Below are positions 1 through 6,226 of a stretch of 18,522 nt of DNA, one piece after another; position 1 is the first letter of the stretch, and each line of letters opens with the position of its first letter. Source of the stretch: Verrucomicrobiales bacterium (GTDB taxonomy: Bacteria; Verrucomicrobiota; Verrucomicrobiia; Verrucomicrobiales; SLCJ01); NCBI GenBank assembly GCA_046075565.1, contig JBJTQJ010000089.1, positions 1 to 18,522 of the forward strand, given 5' to 3'. The translations under genes were made by a program, and so were the position numbers. A model generated the notes under the pieces. The model did not search any database. It saw only the letters and a program-made list of their open reading frames with translations, and was not told the origin of the DNA.

Positions 1-505
1 TGGTGAAGCCGATGAGCCCGGCCTTCGAGGCGGCGTAGTTGGCTTGGCCGGCATTTCCCATCAGACCGATGACCGATGCGATGTTGATGACACGACCAGC
101 CTTCGAACGGATGAGTTGGCGGGTGATGGCCTTGGTCATGTTGAACGCGCCCTTGAGGTTGGTGTCGAGCACGGTGTCCCAGTCCTCCTCTTTCATGCGG
201 AGAAAGAGCCCGTCGCGGGTGACCCCCGCATTGTTCACCAGGATATCGATCTGGTCGCCGAAATCGGCGGCAATCTGTTTTCCGGCTTCCTGGCAAGCCG
301 CGAAATCGGCCACGTCGAGGGCGTAAGGGCGGGCGGAACCCGGGCGGATGCTTTCAAGGGCGGCGGCGACTTTGGCGGAATTGGCTTCGGTGCGGCTGAC
401 GACGGCGACATTCGCGCCGGCTTCGACAAAGGCACGGGCCATGGCTTCCCCGATCCCGCGACCGGCTCCGGTGATAACTGCGTTTTTTCCAGCGAGTGTA
501 GGCAT
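1..505 (-). CDS. fabG: 3-oxoacyl-[ACP] reductase (SDR family); 3' end runs off the window
   Basis: Not in the ORF track; translated by hand from the ATG at 505: MPTLAGKNAVITGAGRGIG...VSR...DILVNNAGVTRDGLFLRMKEEDWDTVLDTNLKGAF...INIASVIGLMGNAGQANYAASKAGLIGFT. Contains TGxxxGIG, NNAG, the catalytic YxxxK and the FabG-typical GNxGQxNY. Confidence 0.95.
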   Translation of the reverse strand, partial: MPTLAGKNAVITGAGRGIGEAMARAFVEAGANVAVVSRTEANSAKVAAALESIRPGSARPYALDVADFAACQEAGKQIAADFGDQIDILVNNAGVTRDGLFLRMKEEDWDTVLDTNLKGAFNMTKAITRQLIRSKAGRVINIASVIGLMGNAGQANYAASKAGLIGFT

Positions 506-511
506 GCGAGA

Positions 512-544
512 ATTCTTGCCGCCGCCCGCATCCTTTGGCAAGGT
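512..544. promoter_or_regulatory. Putative overlapping bidirectional sigma70 promoters (fabG and the TPM gene)
   Basis: Minus strand: TTGCCA(541-536)-N18-AAGAAT(517-512)-N6-ATG. Plus strand: TTGCCG(516-521)-N17-CAAGGT(539-544), preceded by TGn. Inverted repeat CTTGCC(515-520)-N16-GGCAAG(537-542). Confidence 0.5.
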
Positions 545-559
545 AGAAATGCGCATCCA

Positions 560-1186
560 ATGAATTGTCCCTATTGCAGCCAACCCCTTCACCCCCAGGC
601 GGAAAAATGTCCGCACTGCGGGATGGACGCCGAAGGGGTGCGCAGGTGGCTCGGAGCCGTTCCCCCGCTGGTTCCGGGTTTCAACGATCTGACGCATGAA
701 CTGTCAACGAGGGACGGCAAACGTTTCGCAAAGGCCCGCGAACGGTTGCGGGATCGCCACGCGCAGTGTGATTTCCACTGGATTCATACGCGGGTCGCGC
801 CGGAAGTTCCCCATCGTGTCCAGGCTTTCCATTTTTTCAATCACGGGCAGCTCTGTTCGCCAGCGTGTTCGGGCGGGAGCAACCGCGATGCCCTATTGGT
901 GACCGATCCAACGGGTCCGTCGGCAACCCTCATTGTCGGCTACGGCATCGAGCCATTTCTGCTCCCGGGCGAACTGGAGCAAAGCCTCGAGGCCGGGCAA
1001 GCGGCCCTGCAAATTGTTGATTTCGGCGGGGCGGCGGCGACGATTGTCCGGATCTGGGAAAATGTCCTCGGCCGGGTGCTGGAGCGACTGCCCCGCACGT
1101 TCGGATTGCCCTCCGCAGATGAAATGCAGGTCCGGCTGGATGAGTCGGTGCGCGCGGCCACCCTGCGACGCCCCTCGGAATATTGA
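560..1186 (+). CDS. Zinc-ribbon + TPM-domain protein (208 aa), apparently cytoplasmic
   Basis: Start taken at ATG 560, because the upstream part of ORF 44..1186 is the antisense shadow of fabG. N-terminus CPYC-x10-CPHC; later NDLTHELS and LLVTDP...ATLIVGYGIEPFL resemble the TPM-domain (D...L ... GYGLE) signature. Confidence 0.75.
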   Translation: MNCPYCSQPLHPQAEKCPHCGMDAEGVRRWLGAVPPLVPGFNDLTHELSTRDGKRFAKARERLRDRHAQCDFHWIHTRVAPEVPHRVQAFHFFNHGQLCSPACSGGSNRDALLVTDPTGPSATLIVGYGIEPFLLPGELEQSLEAGQAALQIVDFGGAAATIVRIWENVLGRVLERLPRTFGLPSADEMQVRLDESVRAATLRRPSEY

Positions 1187-1210
1187 GGTGGGGGGACGGA
1201 AAATCGAGGT
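1176..1210 (+). repeat. 14-bp imperfect direct repeat, 21-bp period
   Basis: CGGAATATTGAGGT (1176-1189) and CGGAAAATCGAGGT (1197-1210), 12/14 identical. Confidence 0.8.
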
Positions 1211-1216
1211 CCGCCC

Positions 1217-1244
1217 TTGCGCGTGGCCCGATGCCGGATAGTCT
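1217..1244 (+). promoter_or_regulatory. Putative sigma70 promoter of the panB-dehydrogenase operon
   Basis: TTGCGC(1217-1222)-N16-TAGTCT(1239-1244), 38 nt upstream of the GTG start. Confidence 0.45.
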
Positions 1245-1282
1245 GAGGGCGGTTTTCCCGACCTACGCTCCCAACATTTATC

Positions 1283-2074
1283 GTGCCCGAATCCGCTCAC
1301 CCCGAACGCGCAGCCGCTTTCCGCTCCCTCAAGGGCAGCCGCCCCTTGGGTGCCCTCACCGCCTACGATTACCCGACCGCCCGCCTGCTCGACGAAGCGG
1401 GCTTGGACATGCTTCTGGTGGGGGATTCGCTGGGAATGGTCGTCCTGGGTTACGAGGACACCACCAGCGTGACCATGGAGGACATGGTTCGCCACACCGG
1501 GGCCGTCCGGAGGGGCACGAAACGGGCCCTCGTGGTCGCGGATTTGCCGATCGCCACCTACGACACCCCGGAAATGGCCTTGGAAAATGCCCAACGCCTC
1601 GTGAGCGCCGGAGCCGACGCCGTGAAACTCGAGGGCGGCATCTCGATTTTGCCGCAAATCCGCGCCGTACTCGCGGCGGACATTCCCGTCGTTGGTCACC
1701 TTGGCATGTTGCCGCAGCGGGTGAAAGTGGAAGGCGGCTATAAGAAAAAAGGCAAGACCCCGGCGGAAGCGGAAGCCATCGTGGCCGACGCGCTCGCGCT
1801 CGATGCGGCCGGAGTATGCGCCATCGTGCTGGAGTCGATGGTGCCCGCGGTTGCGACGGAAGTTACGACCCGTGTTGGTTGCCCGACCATCGGAATCGGC
1901 GCCGGCGAGGCCACGGACGGACAGATCCGGGTTATCCACGACTTGCTCGGCACGTTCCCGTGGTTCCGTCCGAAATTTGCCGAATGTTACCACGATGGCG
2001 GAGGCGCAATTCAACATGCGGCGGCAAGATTTCTCGCTAGTTTGCTTAAAAAACCGAGTTCCAATTCTCCTTAA
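1283..2074 (+). CDS. panB: 3-methyl-2-oxobutanoate (ketopantoate) hydroxymethyltransferase
   Basis: Motifs LTAYDY, LVGDSLGM, VVADLP, AVKLEGG, GHLGMLPQ and TIGIGAG...DGQ; 263 aa; GTG start. Confidence 0.97.
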   Translation: MPESAHPERAAAFRSLKGSRPLGALTAYDYPTARLLDEAGLDMLLVGDSLGMVVLGYEDTTSVTMEDMVRHTGAVRRGTKRALVVADLPIATYDTPEMALENAQRLVSAGADAVKLEGGISILPQIRAVLAADIPVVGHLGMLPQRVKVEGGYKKKGKTPAEAEAIVADALALDAAGVCAIVLESMVPAVATEVTTRVGCPTIGIGAGEATDGQIRVIHDLLGTFPWFRPKFAECYHDGGGAIQHAAARFLASLLKKPSSNSP

Positions 2075-2076
2075 CC

Positions 2077-3051
2077 TTGAGTGCCCCGCCTCCCAAATTC
2101 GTTGAAGCACTCCGCAGCATGATGCTCGCGCGTCGTCTGGAGGATCGTATCGCCTCGATCTACCGCGGCGGCGGCATCGCGGGTGGTGTTTATCTCGGGC
2201 GGGGTCAGGAGGCGGTTTCGGCGGCGCTCGGCCACGCCTTGAGCAAAGGCGACGTCTTCGCGCCCCTCATCCGCGATCAAGCGGGGCGGATTGCTTTCGG
2301 TGAGGACCCCCTCGACTTCACGCGCACCTATCTTGGCTCCGCCTCTGGTCCGATGCGCGGACGCGACGGGAATATCCACCGCGGTCGTCCCAAAGCGGGA
2401 ATGCCGGCGATGATTTCCCACCTGGGCGCCATGATCCCGGTCGTGTGCGGAATGCTCCTCGCCCGGCGCATGCAGGGACGTCCCATGGGGGTCGGCGCGA
2501 CGTGTATCGGCGATGGTGGCACTTCCACGGGCGCGTTCCACGAGGGATTGAACCTGGCGGCGGTTGAGAAACTGCCCTTCGTCCTCGTGGTTACGAACAA
2601 CCAATTTGCCTATTCCACACCCAATACACGCCAATTCGCCTGCGCCGATCTCGTTGAAAAAGCGTCCGGCTATGGCGTGACCGGCCATTCCCTCGACGGC
2701 ACCGATTTGGCAACCTCGCTCACGGTGATCGGGCAAGCGGTCGAAACGGCCCGCGCGGGCGGTGGCCCCCAGCTCATCGTGGCCAACGTGCTCAGGCTTT
2801 GCGGTCATGGCGAACACGACGACGCCCAATACGTGCCGAAGGCATGGAAAGAGAGCCCGCTTGGCCGGGATTGCATCCAGCGGGCGAAGGAAACCGCCCT
2901 CGCCAACGGCTGGCTTGACGAAGCCGCGCTCGCGGCCATGGATGATGAAACGCGCGAAGTTGCGCGCGCCGCCGTCGCCACCGCCCAACAGGAACATGGC
3001 CCGGATCCCTTTACCGAAGACTGGCGCGCCCTCGCCACAACCTTATCCTGA
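2077..3051 (+). CDS. TPP-dependent 2-oxoacid dehydrogenase E1 alpha subunit (probably branched-chain type)
   Basis: GQEA; TPP-binding GDGG...FHEGLNLAAVEKLPFVLVVTNNQFAYST; RLCGHGEHDD loop. TTG start 2 nt after the panB stop (exact start uncertain). Confidence 0.93.
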   Translation: MSAPPPKFVEALRSMMLARRLEDRIASIYRGGGIAGGVYLGRGQEAVSAALGHALSKGDVFAPLIRDQAGRIAFGEDPLDFTRTYLGSASGPMRGRDGNIHRGRPKAGMPAMISHLGAMIPVVCGMLLARRMQGRPMGVGATCIGDGGTSTGAFHEGLNLAAVEKLPFVLVVTNNQFAYSTPNTRQFACADLVEKASGYGVTGHSLDGTDLATSLTVIGQAVETARAGGGPQLIVANVLRLCGHGEHDDAQYVPKAWKESPLGRDCIQRAKETALANGWLDEAALAAMDDETREVARAAVATAQQEHGPDPFTEDWRALATTLS

Positions 3052-3069
3052 CCCGATCTTTTCCCGCCC

Positions 3070-4041
3070 GTGACCGAAACCAGTTACATCGACGCCATCA
3101 CCGCCGCTCTCGACGATCTGCTGCGCGAAGATCCGAGGGTCTTTCTTTACGGGCAGGACATCGGAAAATTCGGCGGCGCATTCAAGACCACCAAAGGGCT
3201 GGTGGAAAAACATGCCGGCCGGGTGATCGATTGCCCAATCTCCGAGGACGCGATGGGCGGCCTCGCCTTGGGCGCGGCCTTGGAGGGTATGCGCCCGATC
3301 ATTGAAATGCAGTTCGCGGACTTTTCCATGATCGCGCTCAACCAGATCATCAACAACTGCGCCACCCACTATTACCGCACCGGCTTGCCCGTGCCCGTGG
3401 TCTTCCGTTTGCCGAGTGGCGGCACTCCGGGCGGCGGGCCATTCCATTCGCAGAACATGGAAGCGCTGTATGCGCACTATCCGGGTCTCATCGTGCTGGC
3501 TCCCGGCACGGTCGCCGATGCCCGCTCGCTCTTGCGCGATGCCGTCTCCATCGATGATCCGGTGGTTTTCTGCGAGCACAAGTTCCTCTATCGTTCGTTG
3601 AAAGGACCAATGGTGGATGAAGATGCCGCGTTGCCGTGGCATCGGGCGCGCATCGCCCGCACCGGTCAACACGCTACCGTGGTCACCTACTCCGCCATGC
3701 TGCACGAGACACTGAAAGCTGTCGCGACGCTGGCCGCCGACGGTTGGGATGTCGAGGTGGTGGATTTGCGTTGCCTTAAACCGCTCGACACCGACACGGT
3801 CCTTGCTTCGGTGGCACGCACCGGTCGGCTGCTCGTTGTAGCCGAAACATTCCCCTATGGCGGAGTGGCATCGGAAGTGATCACCGCCGTCACGACCAAC
3901 GGATTCGAACTGCTCGACGCACCGCCTCAACGCCTGACCAGCCGCGACACGCCCATCCCCTATCATCCCGACTTATGGCGCGCGCACCGGCCGACCGCCC
4001 ACACGATCGCCGAAGCCCTCCGCCATCTTCTCGCTTTTTGA
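3070..4041 (+). CDS. 2-oxoacid dehydrogenase E1 beta subunit
   Basis: GQDIGKFGGAFKTTKGL, DCPISE, EMQFADF, GPFHSQ, DPVVFCEHK, EVVDLR.LKPLD. Confidence 0.95.
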   Translation: MTETSYIDAITAALDDLLREDPRVFLYGQDIGKFGGAFKTTKGLVEKHAGRVIDCPISEDAMGGLALGAALEGMRPIIEMQFADFSMIALNQIINNCATHYYRTGLPVPVVFRLPSGGTPGGGPFHSQNMEALYAHYPGLIVLAPGTVADARSLLRDAVSIDDPVVFCEHKFLYRSLKGPMVDEDAALPWHRARIARTGQHATVVTYSAMLHETLKAVATLAADGWDVEVVDLRCLKPLDTDTVLASVARTGRLLVVAETFPYGGVASEVITAVTTNGFELLDAPPQRLTSRDTPIPYHPDLWRAHRPTAHTIAEALRHLLAF

Positions 4042-4054
4042 TCCCCACCACGCC

Positions 4055-5248
4055 ATGCCACTCGTTCCCATTTCTCTGCCCCAACTCGGCGAGTCCATCG
4101 CCGAAGGAACCATCGTTTCCGTGTTGATTGGTATCGGCGATTCCGTCGAGGCCGATCAGGATCTCTTCGAGGTGGAAACCCAGAAGGCCACCATGGGAGT
4201 CCCGGCGCTTTGCTCAGGCAAAATCGTCTCCATCGCGGCGGCAGCCATGCAGACCTATCCGGTGGGCGAAGTGCTCGCCTACATCGAAGCCACGGACGAG
4301 GAAATCCGCCGCACCGGCGTGCGCACCGTGGACCAGAAGCCCGCATCGAACGCCGCGTCCGCAGCCCCGACCACGACCTCCGGCCCGCGCAAAGTCGAAC
4401 CGGTTGTCCACGGTCTGCCCGTGCCCGCCCATGCAACGGGAGCGAGTTACATTTCGCCGAGGATGCGTGCGCGGATGGAAGAACTCGGACTCAATGCCGC
4501 CGACCTCGCATCCATCGCCGGAACCGGAGCCGGTGGTCGCGTGACCGTCCGTGATTTCGAAAACTTCCTCAGCGAGCTGGACCAGAAGACCATCACCCCG
4601 GCGTCCACCATGCGGGTGGCCGTGGCCGATTCGATGCGCCGCTCGTGGACAAGACCGCTCGCCACCGTAGGCGTGCCGGTTTCGCTGGACAAACTGCTCG
4701 CCCATCGGGCAAAACACTCCGCACCCAAGCCCGGCCCCGCGCTTTACGCGCTGCGCGCCTTCGCCATGGCCCTCGGCGAAAATCCCGCGCTGGGTGGTCG
4801 CCTCGTCGGACGCCGCATCGTCCATCCGGATGCCATTGATATCGGATTCGCCGTGGAAGTCGAGGACGGGGTGATGGTGCCCGTGATCCGTTCGGCCGAT
4901 CAACGGAATCTCGATGCCCTCCTCGAACCCTATGCCGAATTGGTCGAAAAAGCCCGGGCTCGCAAGCTCACCGCCGACGAGTCCAAACCCGGCATCGCCA
5001 CCGTCACCAACTATGGGACCTTCGGCATTCTCTGGGCTTCGCCCATCCCCCTGCCTGAACAAAATCTCGTGCTCGGACTCGGAGCGGCGGCCAAACGCCC
5101 GCGCTGGGACGCGACCAAGGAAGCATTCGTCCCCGTCACCGAGGCCGTGCTGACCCTTTCCTTCGACCACCGGATCCTCGATGGCGGAGGGGCGGGCCGC
5201 CTCCTTGACCGCATCGCCTCCCTGCTCCAGACCCCGGAGGCACTTTGA
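4055..5248 (+). CDS. Dihydrolipoamide acyltransferase (E2): one lipoyl domain, subunit-binding domain, catalytic domain
   Basis: LPQLGESIAEGTI...EVETQKAT (lipoyl Lys); Ala/Pro/Thr linker; SPRMR...GTGAGGRVT..D; catalytic LSFDHRILDG. Confidence 0.95.
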   Translation: MPLVPISLPQLGESIAEGTIVSVLIGIGDSVEADQDLFEVETQKATMGVPALCSGKIVSIAAAAMQTYPVGEVLAYIEATDEEIRRTGVRTVDQKPASNAASAAPTTTSGPRKVEPVVHGLPVPAHATGASYISPRMRARMEELGLNAADLASIAGTGAGGRVTVRDFENFLSELDQKTITPASTMRVAVADSMRRSWTRPLATVGVPVSLDKLLAHRAKHSAPKPGPALYALRAFAMALGENPALGGRLVGRRIVHPDAIDIGFAVEVEDGVMVPVIRSADQRNLDALLEPYAELVEKARARKLTADESKPGIATVTNYGTFGILWASPIPLPEQNLVLGLGAAAKRPRWDATKEAFVPVTEAVLTLSFDHRILDGGGAGRLLDRIASLLQTPEAL

Positions 5249-5288
5249 CCGGGAAAACAAGAAAAATTACTTAAAATATCTAAAACAT

Positions 5289-5318
5289 TTGCCGCTCTGG
5301 TCGAATATCTGCTAGAAT
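5289..5318 (+). promoter_or_regulatory. Putative sigma70 promoter with extended -10 and AT-rich upstream tract
   Basis: TTGCCG(5289-5294)-N18-TAGAAT(5313-5318), preceded by TGc; A/T-rich 5254-5290; ATG 19 nt downstream. Confidence 0.65.
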
Positions 5319-5337
5319 TGGTGGAAATTCTTTCCCC

Positions 5338-6177
5338 ATGGCACTGACCAGGCGCAAATTTTCGTTCAGTCTCGCTGCCGGCCTCTTTGGAGCGTCGGGC
5401 TCCTTCCTCCCCGCCGCCCAGCCCCCTCCGAAGGGGGTTTTCGCCAAGTCATGGATCGTGGTGGATGCCGTGGCGGGCACCGTGCTCGGAGGTCTGAATG
5501 CGGACCTACGCCGGGAGGTGGCCAGCACCCAGAAGCTCATGACCGGCCTGCTGATTTGTGAACGGGGCGGGCTGCGCGAGAGCATCACCGTGCAACGTTC
5601 GGACACTCTGGTTGCGCCCTCAAGGTTAGGAATCAAGGCCGGCGACAAATACCCGCGCGTCGAACTGCTCAAGGCGCTGCTCCTCAAATCCGGCAACGAT
5701 CTCGCCCACTGCCTCGGTCGCGAACACTCCGGCTCGGAAGCCAACTTCGCGATACGCATGACCGAAATGGCCAAGAAATTGGGTATGGCCAGCAGCGTCT
5801 TCAAGAATGCCTCCGGTCTTCCGGATTCCACCCAGTATTCGACCGCCCGGGATATGGCGCGCCTCGCGCTCCGTATCCATAGACATCCGGATCCCGCCGT
5901 CCGCGGGGTATTGCTCGGCATCACACGAATGGCCACCGGCAGCTTCCGTTTTGCCGATGGGCGCACCCTGCAGATGACCAACACCAACAAGTTGCTCACC
6001 CGCGTTCCCGGCTGCAATGGCATGAAGACCGGATACACCAACGCGGCCGGACGTTGCCTCGTCTCCAGCGTGGCCCGGGATGGACGCCTTGTTATTGTGG
6101 TGGCTCTGGGCAGTGATTCCAAAAACATCTGGAACGATTCCCAACTGCTCCTCGAGTGGGGATTACGCCGCGGCTGA
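5338..6177 (+). CDS. Peptidase S11 D-alanyl-D-alanine carboxypeptidase/endopeptidase family protein with twin-arginine signal
   Basis: SxxK (ASTQKLMT), SxN (KSGND), FKNASGL, STARD and KTGYTNAAGRC; N-terminal TRRKFS followed by a hydrophobic stretch. Confidence 0.92.
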   Translation: MALTRRKFSFSLAAGLFGASGSFLPAAQPPPKGVFAKSWIVVDAVAGTVLGGLNADLRREVASTQKLMTGLLICERGGLRESITVQRSDTLVAPSRLGIKAGDKYPRVELLKALLLKSGNDLAHCLGREHSGSEANFAIRMTEMAKKLGMASSVFKNASGLPDSTQYSTARDMARLALRIHRHPDPAVRGVLLGITRMATGSFRFADGRTLQMTNTNKLLTRVPGCNGMKTGYTNAAGRCLVSSVARDGRLVIVVALGSDSKNIWNDSQLLLEWGLRRG

Positions 6178-6207
6178 ACGGAGTATCTGTCTCCCGCGAG
6201 AAGTCAG

Positions 6208-6226
6208 CCAAGCAAAGCCTTTCCGG
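6208..6226 (+). repeat. Direct repeat copy 1 (CCAAGCAAAGCCTTTCCGG)
   Basis: Shares an exact 11-mer plus TTCCGG with 12072-12089; abuts the stop codon of the minus-strand gene at 6227. Confidence 0.7.

Noticed and set aside
44-559. N-terminal 172 aa of ORF 44..1186
   Set aside because: Antisense shadow of fabG; recognisable protein starts at ATG 560.
1187-1282. TPP riboswitch or pan RNA motif upstream of panB (GGGGG...CTGAG...ACCT)
   Set aside because: The TPP 3' core (GAUC, UAA, GCGNAGG-like elements) is missing and the predicted leader is only ~30 nt. An Infernal/Rfam scan would settle it.
893-6128. Long minus-strand ORFs (893..2110, 2071..2997, 3043..3966, 4214..5260, 5280..6128)
   Set aside because: They mirror well-supported plus-strand genes, show no motifs, and are expected in GC-rich, codon-biased DNA.
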